NCBI GenBank assembly: GCA_038736355.1
Contig: JAVYML010000003.1
Coordinates: forward strand, 214,093-278,092
Direction of reading: 5' to 3'
DNA length: 64,000 nt
Source of the DNA: Candidatus Hadarchaeales archaeon
GTDB lineage: Archaea; Hadarchaeota; Hadarchaeia; Hadarchaeales; WYZ-LMO6
Made by a program: the position numbers and the translations under genes
Notes under the pieces: model-generated
The model's database searches: none
Told to the model about the DNA's origin: nothing
Seen by the model: only the letters and a program-made list of their open reading frames with translations
In this document: in pieces, positions 48,632-58,445 of the stretch
How positions within the stretch are numbered: the first letter of the stretch is position 1
Layout of the letters: each line of letters opens with the position of its first letter

Positions 48632-49050
48632 AGAAGGTCTTTCCGAGACTGGGCGCCTCCGTACTGGTGGAAAGGGGAGATAAGATCTTGCTGGTAAAGA
48701 GGGGTTCTGAGCCTGGAAAGGGAAGATGGGCGTTACCTGGAGGACTGGTGGAAGTTGGTGAAGGAATAAGAAAAGCTGCAGTGAGAGAAGTGAAGGAAGA
48801 GACGGGAATAAAGATAAGACTCAAGGGGTTGGTGGGTGTCTACGATATCTTGGAAAAGAATGGAAAGGGAGTGCTCCAATACCATTACGTTACCGTCTGC
48901 TTTTTGGGAGAAGCCCTCTCCACCGAAGTGAGGAAGGGGGGTGAAGTGCTGGATGCGGGATGGTTCGGGAGGGAAGAACTGGGGAAGAAAAAACTCACTA
49001 AAACCACCCGGAGGATTTTAAAGGAAAGGGGTTGGCTGGTGAAAGGTTGA
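48628..49050 (+). CDS. Nudix hydrolase (ADP-ribose pyrophosphatase-like)
   Basis: Nudix box GGLVEVGEGIRKAAVREVKEETGI. Confidence 0.9.
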   Translation: MKKVFPRLGASVLVERGDKILLVKRGSEPGKGRWALPGGLVEVGEGIRKAAVREVKEETGIKIRLKGLVGVYDILEKNGKGVLQYHYVTVCFLGEALSTEVRKGGEVLDAGWFGREELGKKKLTKTTRRILKERGWLVKG

Positions 49051-49694
49051 GACTGGTAAAAAACGTATATTGGTATCCCGAGAAGGGATTGGGGGATTGT
49101 AACGTTTATGTGGTGGAAGGAAACCCCACCATCCTCATAGATCCAGGCAATCCTAGGTATCTGGAGAGACGTTTGAAGGAAATGAGGGAAGATGGGCTGG
49201 AACCGGAGGAAATAGAAATAATTGTAAACACACACAGTCATCCCGACCATTGTGGTGCCAACCGTCCCCTTCAAGAACTTTCTGGAGCCAAAATCATGAT
49301 CCACAGGGAGGAAGAAGAACATCTCAAGTTCAGCATAGAATTCGGGAGATACTTCGGGATGGAAGTACCGAGGTTCGAAGTGGACTCTTACTTGGGAAAC
49401 AAAATAGGAGAGGAGGAAACAGAACTCTTGGTCCTCCATACACCCGGTCATTCTCCTGGAAGTGTGAGCCTATATCACCCCAAATTGAAACTCCTTCTTT
49501 GCGGGGACCTGGTGTTCGAAGGTGGGGTGGGAAGGACCGATTTTCCTGGTGGAAGTTCGAAAGAACTTGCAACTTCTATAGAAAAGGTTTCCGTTCTCAA
49601 CCTACAGTATCTTCTTCCTGGCCATGGAGGGATCCTGAAAGGTGAAGAAAGGATAAGGAGAAACTTCGAGTTCGTTAAGGAATACTTCCTTTAG
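49047..49694 (+). CDS. Metallo-beta-lactamase fold hydrolase (glyoxalase II-like)
   Basis: THSHPDH, HTPGHSPG, GD..F.GGVGRTD, PGHG; TTG 49047 after GGTGA. Confidence 0.88.
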   Translation: MRLVKNVYWYPEKGLGDCNVYVVEGNPTILIDPGNPRYLERRLKEMREDGLEPEEIEIIVNTHSHPDHCGANRPLQELSGAKIMIHREEEEHLKFSIEFGRYFGMEVPRFEVDSYLGNKIGEEETELLVLHTPGHSPGSVSLYHPKLKLLLCGDLVFEGGVGRTDFPGGSSKELATSIEKVSVLNLQYLLPGHGGILKGEERIRRNFEFVKEYFL

Positions 49695-50851
49695 CCCAAG
49701 GTCTTCTTGTAAACTTCCAGCAGCTTGTCCGCGGATTTCTTCCAACTGAAATTCCTCACTTTCTCCCTTGCATTCTTCACCATCCTTTCCCTCTCAGAAG
49801 GCGAGTCCAATAGATAGTTGATTCCCCAAGCTATGGCCTCTGGCTGGGGTTGAACCTTTATTCCTTCCACCAGGTTTTCCATGTTTTCATCCAGTCCTCC
49901 CACACCCGCGGCCACCACAGGTTTTCCGGCGGCCCAAGCCTCGAGCAAGACGATGCCAAAGGGTTCGTTGCGACTGGGGATACAGACGATGTCACTGGCT
50001 CTGAGGATTTCGATATACTTCCTCAAGGGCAAGAATCCCAAGAACTTAACAACGTGTCCTACCCCGAGTTCCCTCGCCCTACGCTCCAGTTCCTCCCTCA
50101 TGCTTCCCGTACCAGTAAACACGAACCTCACCCTTTGCCCCTTCTCCAAAACTTTGGGGATGGCTTCTATCAAGAGATCGGGTCCCTTTTGGTACTCCAA
50201 GCGACCAGGAAAGAGTACTACAGGGTCCGAAGACAGACCATACTCCCTCTTTATCTCCTCCGGATTCACCTCTACTCCGAAATCCTCCGCATCTACGGCA
50301 TTGGGTACCACCTCCACTTTTTCTTCTGGAAGATGGTATAGCCAGCAAACCTCCCTTTTCATGTAATTGGAAACGGTGGTAACCATGTCCGCCAAATAAC
50401 CTCCATACCACTCCTTTCCTGAAATCTCCCTGAACTCCCACCAATCTCCAAACTTGTTTCCGTTCCTTCCGTATTCGGTGGAATGATAGGTAAAAACCAA
50501 GCGCCTCCCTTCCTGTTTCAGGAGATGTAAGGCTTCAACCACATGCCAGTCATGGCCGTGCACCAGGTCAAATCTCCCTTCCCTCCTTTCTACCCACTTC
50601 AGGGCGGACACCATCGCATGGGACATGTTCCTAGTGAGGGAAAAGAGATCAAAACCTGGATCGAACTTACACCTGTGGTAGTAAACCCCCTCCAGTCTCT
50701 CGTGCTCCTCTTGACCCTCCACCCATCTGGTAAAGAGGTGAACTTCATGGCCCCTCTTGGAAAGCTCGGCGGAAAGCTTGCTCACCACTACTCCCAATCC
50801 CCCTATCCAGATGGAATGCAGGGATTCCCAAGCAAGCATCGCCACCCTCAT
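49691..50851 (-). CDS. GT4 glycosyltransferase (glycogen-synthase-like)
   Basis: GGLG, HGHDW, HSTEYGR, GRL..QKG, EPFGIVLLEA. Confidence 0.88.
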   Translation of the reverse strand: MRVAMLAWESLHSIWIGGLGVVVSKLSAELSKRGHEVHLFTRWVEGQEEHERLEGVYYHRCKFDPGFDLFSLTRNMSHAMVSALKWVERREGRFDLVHGHDWHVVEALHLLKQEGRRLVFTYHSTEYGRNGNKFGDWWEFREISGKEWYGGYLADMVTTVSNYMKREVCWLYHLPEEKVEVVPNAVDAEDFGVEVNPEEIKREYGLSSDPVVLFPGRLEYQKGPDLLIEAIPKVLEKGQRVRFVFTGTGSMREELERRARELGVGHVVKFLGFLPLRKYIEILRASDIVCIPSRNEPFGIVLLEAWAAGKPVVAAGVGGLDENMENLVEGIKVQPQPEAIAWGINYLLDSPSERERMVKNAREKVRNFSWKKSADKLLEVYKKTLG

Positions 50852-50891
50852 CCATACTACCTCCTAAAGTCTTCGCTAAAATAGGCAAAGG

Positions 50892-52142
50892 TTAGGGAAG
50901 ATGGTTTTGCAACACTGCTTCGTATAGCTTGAGGGTGTTATCCGCTGCTTGATCGAAGGTAAACTTCTCCAGCACGCGCTTCCTAGCATTCTTGCCCAGT
51001 TCCTTCCTCAGCTTTTCATCCTTGAGGAGTTCTATCGTAAATTTGGCTACATCATAGGGATCATCGGGATTCACATGGCTCCCGCACCTTTCGGGACCCT
51101 GATGGATCACCTGTTCTCTAAAACCAGAAACCCCTTTAGCACCCACCACCACCGGCTTACCCATACTCATGGCTTCTGTGGCCACTATTCCAAAGGGCTC
51201 GTACTTGGAGGGGAAGACTGCCACGTCCGCAGCTGCATAGTGTAAAATTCTCTCCCTTTCATTCACGTACTGGAACTCCGTGATCACGCTCTTCTCCACC
51301 CCGAGTTGCCTTATCAGATCCCTCAGCATTTTCTCCTGCTCTCCTTTTCCTAAGATGACTAACTTGGCATTCGGCACCTCCGCTAGGATGAGGGGCATGG
51401 CCCTCACGAGCGTGTCTGCCCCCTTCACCCAGGACAACCTTCCTATGAAGAGGATCATGGGGTCTGTGCCCACCCCTAGCTTCTCCCTGAATTCAAGTAT
51501 TTCCTCCTCTTTTACCGTCGAGGGATCGTATTTTTTTTCGTCCACACCGTTGTAGATCACCCGAATTTTCCTCTCCTCGTATCCCAAGGAAATGAGATGA
51601 TCCCTCATGGCATAACTTACCGTCACTACCACTTCGGCCGTTCTTGCAGCCAACCTCTCCAGGTTCTTTATGGTGGGGGAACCATCGCCCACCCTTCCCT
51701 CTTCCACGGAATGAAGATGGAAAACGAAGGGTTTTTTCAGGTCCTTTTTACAGGTAATTCCGGCTATCCCAGAAATCCAATCATGGGCCACGATCAAGTC
51801 GAACTGTCTCTGATCGGCCCTCACCAACTGGTTGCAAACTTTAGTGGAAGAGAGGATGTTGTAAATGAAGGCATCGGCAAAGTATTGCTGGGCATGAAGG
51901 GGCCAATGCTTCACATCTTCCGGGACGATGAGAGGGAGGAGATCCGTTGCATCCACCGTCATAGGTCTATGGATCTCCACTCCTTCCTCCAGATCGGAAG
52001 TGGGTAAGTTTCCAGGATTCTTGGCAAAAACCGTTACGCTGTGCCCCCTCCTGGCAAAACGTCTAGTCATCTCATAGGCGTACGTACCCAAGCCCCCGAC
52101 GAAGAAAGGGGGATACTCAAAAGAGAAGTACAGGATCCTCAC
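50892..52142 (-). CDS. GT4 glycosyltransferase (glycogen-synthase-like)
   Basis: EYPP..VGGLG, AHDW, HS.E.GR, GRL.WVKG, EPFGIVATEAM. Confidence 0.88.
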   Translation of the reverse strand: MRILYFSFEYPPFFVGGLGTYAYEMTRRFARRGHSVTVFAKNPGNLPTSDLEEGVEIHRPMTVDATDLLPLIVPEDVKHWPLHAQQYFADAFIYNILSSTKVCNQLVRADQRQFDLIVAHDWISGIAGITCKKDLKKPFVFHLHSVEEGRVGDGSPTIKNLERLAARTAEVVVTVSYAMRDHLISLGYEERKIRVIYNGVDEKKYDPSTVKEEEILEFREKLGVGTDPMILFIGRLSWVKGADTLVRAMPLILAEVPNAKLVILGKGEQEKMLRDLIRQLGVEKSVITEFQYVNERERILHYAAADVAVFPSKYEPFGIVATEAMSMGKPVVVGAKGVSGFREQVIHQGPERCGSHVNPDDPYDVAKFTIELLKDEKLRKELGKNARKRVLEKFTFDQAADNTLKLYEAVLQNHLP

Positions 52143-52212
52143 CCTTCCACCGCTGATAACTTACTCTAAGGGGTATTAAGCGTTACTAAAATTAAAACAC
52201 GCCGCTTCATTT

Positions 52213-52236
52213 AAATTTTAGGTGAGCCTAAATTTT
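52213..52236. promoter_or_regulatory. DtxR/MntR-type operator palindrome overlapping the TATA box
   Basis: AAATTTTAGG-TGAG-CCTAAATTTT, core TTTAGG-N4-CCTAAA at 52217-52232, between TTTAAAT and ATG 52239. Confidence 0.75.
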
Positions 52237-52238
52237 AG

Positions 52239-52859
52239 ATGGTCACCGAGAGTTCCGAGGAATATCTGGAGGCCCTCTACCGCCTAAAGGAGAGGGGGGA
52301 GAAAACCACCACCACGAAAGTGGCAAAGGAGTTGGGGGTGGCTCCCTCCAGTGCAACCCTCATGCTCAAAAAACTAGCTAAGGAAGGATATTTGCAACAC
52401 CATCCCTACAGGGGGGTAATCCTCACCCAAAAAGGGGAAGAAACGGGAAGGGGCATCCTGAGAAAACACAGGATAATGGAGAGGTTCCTGAGCAGCCTGG
52501 GCCTTTCCCCCTCCAAGGCCCATGAAAAAGCCTGCGAACTCGAACATCATATACCCGAAGAGGTGGAGACCGCCATCCATCGAAAAATGGAGACGGAACG
52601 CCTCCTCCCCAAAGGGGTACCACCAGGTTCCCTCCCCCTCACGGGCTTACTGGAGGGACAGAAAGGGATAGTCTCCCATCTTTCTGGTGGAACTTCCGCC
52701 TGCCGTCGCCTGGCCGATATGGGCATTACTCCCGGAGTGGAAGTAGAGGTCCTGAAGTCCGCTCTCTTTCGCGGACCCTTGTTGGTGAAGGTAAGGGGAA
52801 CCACGTTGGCGGTGGGTAGGGGTTTGGCCTCGAGGGTCTTCGTAAAACCCCTCGGGTGA
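52239..52859 (+). CDS. DtxR/MntR family metal-dependent repressor with C-terminal FeoA domain
   Basis: Reads on the + strand (ATGGTCACC at 52239, TGA 52857-52859) although the track labels it minus. EEYLEALY, HTH, RKHR..E.FL, ACELEH, FeoA-like RRLADMGITPG...GP....VRG..LAVGRG.A. Confidence 0.92.
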   Translation: MVTESSEEYLEALYRLKERGEKTTTTKVAKELGVAPSSATLMLKKLAKEGYLQHHPYRGVILTQKGEETGRGILRKHRIMERFLSSLGLSPSKAHEKACELEHHIPEEVETAIHRKMETERLLPKGVPPGSLPLTGLLEGQKGIVSHLSGGTSACRRLADMGITPGVEVEVLKSALFRGPLLVKVRGTTLAVGRGLASRVFVKPLG

Positions 52860-52863
52860 AGGA

Positions 52864-54774
52864 ATGGAGAAGATCAGGATAGCCCTAGCCGGCAACGCCA
52901 ACGTTGGAAAGTCGGTGATTTTCAATTACTTCACCGGTCTCCACCAACACATTGGAAATTGGCCGGGGAAAACCGTGGAAAAGGCCGAAGGTACCCTATA
53001 CTTCAAAGGAAAGCTCATCGACATGATAGATTTACCGGGCATTTACTCCCTCACCACTTTTTCCCTGGAAGAGAGAATTTCCAGAGAATACATTGCCAAG
53101 GAAAAACCAGATGTCGTAATAAACGTGGTGGATGCTTCCGCCCTCGAGAGAAACCTCTTCTTCACCCTTCAGCTGTTGGAGCTTGAACCCAAGATAGTGA
53201 TAGCCCTTAACCAAATGGATGTGGCGGCGAGGAAAGGAATAAAGGTGGATCCCAGGCGGCTGGAAAGACAGCTGGGAGTCCCGGTGGTACCCACCGTGGC
53301 TGTGAGGGGAAAGGGGATGCATTCCCTCCTGGAAAAAGCCGTGGGGATGGCGGAAGGAAGGATCAAGCTCAAGCCCTTCAAGCCTTCCTATGGAAGGGAG
53401 ATCGAAAGGAGAATCCATCTCCTTCTCCCCCTCTTGGAAAAGGAGAATTTCGGTTACCCCCCACGATGGTTGGCCCTAAAACTTCTGGAAGGGGATGAAG
53501 AGATCAGAAAGCTGGTGGGTAGGATTTCTCCACGCGCGGTTGAAGTGGCGGAAAAGTATTCCAAGGAACTCGAAGAACTCTACGGGGAAGAGGCTTCAAC
53601 CCTTCTCACCTCCCTCAGATACAGTTTAGCCCACAGGATAGCCAGCAAGAGCCAGAAGATCTCTCCCAAACCCTTCCCAGCCGAAAGACTCGATGCACTC
53701 ACCACCCATCCCATCCTGGGCTATTTCTTTTTGATCGGGATTCTCCTCTCCCTTTTCCTCACGGTTTTTTGGGTAGGGAGCATGCTGGAAGGGGGCCTGG
53801 AAAGGATCGCCAGGCCGATGGTGAAATGGACCTCGGAGAGGTTTGGAAGCTTGGTCGGGGAGGGAGTGGTGGAGGGAATGGTGGCGGGCTTGACCATCGT
53901 CCTCCCCTTCGTGCTACCCTTCTACATCCTCCTTACCCTGCTCGAAGACTCTGGATACCTCGCCAGAGGTGCCTTCTTGATGGACGGTTTGATGCACAGG
54001 CTGGGAATACATGGAAAGGCCTTCATTCCCATCCTGTTGGGATATGGCTGCAACGTCCCGGCTTGCTTGGGATGCAGAATCATGGAAACGGAGAGGGAAA
54101 AACTGCTCTCCGTTTTCCTCTCCACCTTGGTGCCCTGTGCAGCCAGGACGGTGGTGATTCTTGGGCTGGTGGGAAAATTCGTGGGAATAGGCTGGGCCAT
54201 CGGGCTCTACCTGCTGGATCTGGCGGTGCTTTTCCTCTTGGGTAGGCTGGCCTTCAAGATCCTGCCCGGTGAGCCCATGGGACTGATCATGGAAATACCG
54301 CCCTACCGCAAACCCCATCTATCAACCGTACTCCGTCAGAGCTGGAACCGGACCAAGGATTTCATCTATGTGGCCTTTCCCTTCATCGTGGGGGGTAGTT
54401 TAATCCTAACGGCCCTGAGGATGGGTGGCCTCTTGAATCCCCTTTCGGATTTCCTAAAGCCACTCACGGTAGGCTGGTTGGGTCTTCCAGCAGTGGCAGG
54501 GGTAGCCCTCTTCTTCGGCATCCTGAGGAAGGAGCTCACCCTCATCATGCTCACCATGCTGCTCGGACAAGATCTCTCCCTCCATCTTACCCATGTCCAG
54601 ATGATCGTCTTCGCCACCGTGACCATGTTTTACTTCCCGTGTGTGGCTACCCTGGCGGCCCTAATCAGAGAGGCGGGATGGAGGAGAGCCCTGTACATTG
54701 CAACAGCGGAAATCCTCTTCGCGCTCTGGCTGGGGGGAATAATGTATAGGCTTCTCCTGCTAGGGGGTATTTAG
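52864..54774 (+). CDS. feoB: Ferrous iron transporter FeoB
   Basis: [58 protein letters not shown]. Confidence 0.96.
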   Translation: MEKIRIALAGNANVGKSVIFNYFTGLHQHIGNWPGKTVEKAEGTLYFKGKLIDMIDLPGIYSLTTFSLEERISREYIAKEKPDVVINVVDASALERNLFFTLQLLELEPKIVIALNQMDVAARKGIKVDPRRLERQLGVPVVPTVAVRGKGMHSLLEKAVGMAEGRIKLKPFKPSYGREIERRIHLLLPLLEKENFGYPPRWLALKLLEGDEEIRKLVGRISPRAVEVAEKYSKELEELYGEEASTLLTSLRYSLAHRIASKSQKISPKPFPAERLDALTTHPILGYFFLIGILLSLFLTVFWVGSMLEGGLERIARPMVKWTSERFGSLVGEGVVEGMVAGLTIVLPFVLPFYILLTLLEDSGYLARGAFLMDGLMHRLGIHGKAFIPILLGYGCNVPACLGCRIMETEREKLLSVFLSTLVPCAARTVVILGLVGKFVGIGWAIGLYLLDLAVLFLLGRLAFKILPGEPMGLIMEIPPYRKPHLSTVLRQSWNRTKDFIYVAFPFIVGGSLILTALRMGGLLNPLSDFLKPLTVGWLGLPAVAGVALFFGILRKELTLIMLTMLLGQDLSLHLTHVQMIVFATVTMFYFPCVATLAALIREAGWRRALYIATAEILFALWLGGIMYRLLLLGGI

Positions 54775-54823
54775 CTCTCCACCCTCGGATAAAGTTTAAA
54801 TACAACAGGAATTACGAAAAAGG

Positions 54824-55003
54824 ATGCCGCCCAAGATAGACACCGAAAAGTGCACTGGTTGCGGGGAATGCGTCAACGCCTGCCCCGTGAACGTGTTGGA
54901 AGTGAATAACAAGAAAGCCAAGGTAGCGAAACCCGAGGACTGCGTGGATTGCCGGGCTTGTGAGGCCGTCTGCACCACAGGCGCCATCACCTTCCCAGAA
55001 TGA
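54824..55003 (+). CDS. 2x[4Fe-4S] ferredoxin (59 aa)
   Basis: Not in the track. Read by hand: MPPKIDTEKCTGCGECVNACPVNVLEVNNKKAKVAKPEDCVDCRACEAVCTTGAITFPE, with two CxxCxxCxxxC motifs and TTTAAATA about 25 nt upstream. Confidence 0.93.
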   Translation: MPPKIDTEKCTGCGECVNACPVNVLEVNNKKAKVAKPEDCVDCRACEAVCTTGAITFPE

Positions 55004-55005
55004 AG

Positions 55006-56052
55006 TCAGAGGGTCTCCAACGCTGACAAACTTGCCGAGCTAACGTAGAGAGCTTCCTCCCTCTCCAATCCTTCTTCTATCTTTTTCAGCACCTCGTCCT
55101 TCTCTCCAGGAAAGCGATAGCCCTCATAGCTCTGGTCAAAGATCCAACGGGGGCCGGCGGAAGTTAGATAAAAGGGATTGGCAAAGTGGTCAAAACAAAG
55201 TCTACCAGTAAACTCCAGCTCTTCCACCAGGAGTTTCAGTTCCCTTAACTCCCCATGGGGGGTTTGAAGCCTGAAGTCTCCTCTCCTCCATTCCTCGAAG
55301 AGGGGGGTACCCTTGAGGGGGACTAGTCTCCTTACCCTCACGAATTCGGGATTCACCTCGTTGAGAACCCTCGCCGTGTTCCTAGCGTGTTCTTTCCATC
55401 CGTCCTGTCCTCCCAATCCCAGGATGTAGTAGAGGGAAAGCTCCAGTCCAGCCTCTTTCGCCTTCCTCCCACCTTCCACCATTTCCTGGGGGGTCAATCC
55501 TTTGTTCATCCTCCTGAGCACCTCTTCATCCCCGCTCTCCAGTCCCACATGAAGCCTGGAGAGTCCCGCCTCCCTGAGGGTCCTCAACTCTTCCACCTTC
55601 TTCTTGAAGAGGGTTCTCCCCCTCGTGTAACAAGTGATCCTTTCCATCTCCCCCAACCTTTTCCTCACTTCCTCCAGGATTTCCACCAGCTTTGGGGTAG
55701 GCATGAATAGAACGTCTGCATCCTGGAGGAAAACCGTCCTACTCCCCGAGAAAAACCACATAAGGAAGTTGTGCAGACCATCTCCGTTCTCTAAAGAAAA
55801 CCCCTCCCATATCTTCCCCCTCTCCAGCATCTCCACCATTTTCTCCATGCTAAGTATTTCCTCCTTCACCTCCTCCACCGTCCTCAAAGAAAATTTCCCC
55901 CTGCCATAGGGTTTACCATAACAAAACTTGCAAAGGGACCAAGGACAATTCCTCACCACCCTCAAAAGGAGAGAACAACTTCCCCCTTCTGAAGGCGGAC
56001 GGATGGGGCCAAGCTCATGGCGAAAACCCTTGGGTTCTTTCCATTGCTTCAT
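55006..56052 (-). CDS. Radical SAM protein, uncharacterised
   Basis: IRPPSE..SLLLR, CPWSLCKFC, FLQDAD, GLESG. Start trimmed to ATG 56052, an ATGA overlap with the HDAC stop. Confidence 0.85.
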   Translation of the reverse strand: MKQWKEPKGFRHELGPIRPPSEGGSCSLLLRVVRNCPWSLCKFCYGKPYGRGKFSLRTVEEVKEEILSMEKMVEMLERGKIWEGFSLENGDGLHNFLMWFFSGSRTVFLQDADVLFMPTPKLVEILEEVRKRLGEMERITCYTRGRTLFKKKVEELRTLREAGLSRLHVGLESGDEEVLRRMNKGLTPQEMVEGGRKAKEAGLELSLYYILGLGGQDGWKEHARNTARVLNEVNPEFVRVRRLVPLKGTPLFEEWRRGDFRLQTPHGELRELKLLVEELEFTGRLCFDHFANPFYLTSAGPRWIFDQSYEGYRFPGEKDEVLKKIEEGLEREEALYVSSASLSALETL

Positions 56053-56792
56053 TTGAAACCCTCCAGGAAAGCCCTGACGTTCTTCCCCAACACCGAATGG
56101 TTGTACCCTCCCTCCAGCACCCCGTACCTTTTTCCCCCGCACTTTTCTTCGGCCGCTTCCCTTATCATCCTACCGATTTCTCGGTAGTCTGAGGTGGTGA
56201 GGGTTCCGCCCCAATCTTCTTCATGATTGTCGAAGCCCGCGGAAACCCCTACCAAATCGTAATCCCTTTTGGCTAGAAAAGAGGCTATGCCGTGCAAAAT
56301 GTCTTCCCTACTTCCCTCAGCGTGATGGTAGAAGACCTTCTTGGAACCGGAAAAGATGGCGGCCGTACCGTCCCCATAATGAAGATCGAAGTCTACGATC
56401 ACGGCTTTTTCTATTTTGCCTGTCACCAGTAACTTTTGAAGGGAAAGGGCCAAGTTGTTGAAATAACAGAAACCCCAAAAACTGTTTGGTCCAGCATGAT
56501 GACCCGGAGGTCTGATGAGGGCAAAGGAGGGTTCACCCTGAAAAGCCAAAGCAGAGGCTTTCAAGGCCCCTCCGGCTGCCAAAAGGGCCAAGGAATAAAC
56601 TGAAGGTATGGCCTTCACCCTTTCAAGATGAGAGGGTGTGTGAACGAGGAGGATATCCTCCTCCCTAGCTCGCTCGGGCTCCAAGAACTCAAAGTCCTTC
56701 AGCTCTTTTAGAATGGCCTCCATCCTACCAGGGGCAGAGGCAGGATCGGAGGAATAAACTGTCTTGAAGTCTTCACTGTAGACAATTTTCAT
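56049..56792 (-). CDS. Zn-dependent histone deacetylase family amidohydrolase (AcuC/HDAC-like, short)
   Basis: RPPGHHA, GFCYFNN, DFDLHYGDGT, SAGFD, LEGGY. Start trimmed to ATG 56792. Confidence 0.9.
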   Translation of the reverse strand: MKIVYSEDFKTVYSSDPASAPGRMEAILKELKDFEFLEPERAREEDILLVHTPSHLERVKAIPSVYSLALLAAGGALKASALAFQGEPSFALIRPPGHHAGPNSFWGFCYFNNLALSLQKLLVTGKIEKAVIVDFDLHYGDGTAAIFSGSKKVFYHHAEGSREDILHGIASFLAKRDYDLVGVSAGFDNHEEDWGGTLTTSDYREIGRMIREAAEEKCGGKRYGVLEGGYNHSVLGKNVRAFLEGFK

Positions 56793-56853
56793 TCCATATA
56801 ATTCATCGCCAAAAGGAAAAAGTTTTTTGAGGTTGTGGAAAAAAGAAAAAGAT

Positions 56854-57900
56854 ATGTCCGGAATAGGGGAGCTTTTGGAAAGACTGTCCAACGCCGTGGG
56901 TGTTTCGGGTAGGGAGGAAGAAGTGGCCGAACTCGTAAAAGCCGAGCTCCAACCCTTCGTGGATGAGATAAGGAGAGATACCATGGGTAACCTGATAGGG
57001 ATAAAAAGGGGCTCCGAACCTTCCTGCATGCTGGCCGCCCACATGGATGAAATAGGCCTGATGGTCAAACACATCGATGAAAGGGGGTTTATAAGGTTCG
57101 TCCCCTTGGGTGGTTGGTTCGATCAAAGCCTTCTCAACGAGAGGGTGGTCTTCAAAACGAAGAAAGGTCCCGTCTATGGTGTAATAGGGTCCAAACCCCC
57201 CCATCTGTTGGAAGAGGAGGAGAGGAAGAAACCCGTGAAGATAGAAAACATGTTCATAGACATAGGAGCCAAGAGTGAAGCGGAAGTGAAGGAGGCGGGT
57301 ATAAGGATAGGCTCCGTGGCCGCCTTAGACCGGCAAGTAAGGATTCTCCTCAACGGAAGGGTTACGGGCAAAGCCTTCGACAACAGGGCTGGACTGGCGG
57401 TGATGATCGAGGCCCTGAAGAACACCAAAACCACCTCCACAGTTTACGCCGTGGGGACCGTACAGGAGGAGGTGGGGCTGAAGGGAGCCAGGACCTCCGC
57501 TTTTGGTCTAGAACCAACCGTGGCCATAGCCCTAGATGTATCCCTGCCGGGAGATTATCCAGGAATGGAAAAAAAGGACTCCGCGTTGGAAATGGGCAAG
57601 GGACCCTCCATTACGGTTACAGACGCCAGCGGACGTGGAATCATCGTTTCGGAGAAGGTCCTCCACTGGCTTACAGAAACTGCTGAGAAATACGGAATTC
57701 CCTATCAGCTGGATGTGGCCAAGGGAGGAACCACCGATGCCACCGCCATTTCCCTCACGAAGGCTGGCATACCCACCGGTGTGATAAGTGTTCCTACCCG
57801 TTATCTCCACTCCGGGGTGGAAACTCTGGATCTCTCGGATCTCAAATACGCAAGTGAACTCGTGGCTAGAGCCTTGGAAACGGCCAAGGACTACTTTTAG
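56854..57900 (+). CDS. M42 family (TET) aminopeptidase
   Basis: AHMDEIG, DNRAG, QEEVG..GA, GGTTD, RYLHS. Start trimmed to ATG 56854. Confidence 0.92.
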   Translation: MSGIGELLERLSNAVGVSGREEEVAELVKAELQPFVDEIRRDTMGNLIGIKRGSEPSCMLAAHMDEIGLMVKHIDERGFIRFVPLGGWFDQSLLNERVVFKTKKGPVYGVIGSKPPHLLEEEERKKPVKIENMFIDIGAKSEAEVKEAGIRIGSVAALDRQVRILLNGRVTGKAFDNRAGLAVMIEALKNTKTTSTVYAVGTVQEEVGLKGARTSAFGLEPTVAIALDVSLPGDYPGMEKKDSALEMGKGPSITVTDASGRGIIVSEKVLHWLTETAEKYGIPYQLDVAKGGTTDATAISLTKAGIPTGVISVPTRYLHSGVETLDLSDLKYASELVARALETAKDYF

Positions 57901-58445
57901 AGCTTGATCTTGACGTTGTCGGAAACTAAGCTGAGCTTAAGTTCCTCAGCCACAATATAGGTATTCCGCATCTGGACCAACCAAGTTAAGGGTGGGTACA
58001 TGTGCGAGTTGACCCTCTCACCCGTTTGGAGGCCCACCAATCCTCCCAGGAGGGGTATTCCCTGCTCTACGTAGGCTCCATTTATTATGATTTGGCTCAA
58101 GGGTAGCAAGTTCAAGACTAGGATATCCGTTTTCATGTACTTTGCTTTGAGATAGAAGTTCTCTGCATCAACCTCTTTCAATTCCATCCACATACCGTTC
58201 ACATATATCCTTACGTTTTCAAAGCGAATGGAAGGGGAAGTGATTACCGTAACATTTTCGTTTTCATAGCCTACCATATGGAGTTCGCTGTAAGTATAGG
58301 AATAGAGAGCCCAGATCTCGAAGGTTTTGGGGGAATTGCCTGAAAGGGGGAGAGCTAGGGAAAGAGAAAGCAAGAGCAATACACTTACCACTATCCCAAG
58401 CTTGAAAAAAGAGAAAGGCTGGCGTCTGTTTTTAGGACGTCTCAA
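57897..58445 (-). CDS. Exported/anchored beta-rich protein, distant DUF6230-like paralog
   Basis: Basic N-terminus, hydrophobic segment ending LALP, alternating beta-strand pattern, and a PPL motif before two terminal strands. Confidence 0.55.
   Translation of the reverse strand: MRRPKNRRQPFSFFKLGIVVSVLLLLSLSLALPLSGNSPKTFEIWALYSYTYSELHMVGYENENVTVITSPSIRFENVRIYVNGMWMELKEVDAENFYLKAKYMKTDILVLNLLPLSQIIINGAYVEQGIPLLGGLVGLQTGERVNSHMYPPLTWLVQMRNTYIVAEELKLSLVSDNVKIKL

Noticed and set aside
52239..52859. ORF track lists the DtxR-FeoA ORF on the minus strand
   Set aside because: The listed protein (MVTESSEEY...) reads directly from the + strand ATG at 52239 to TGA at 52859, so I annotated it as +.
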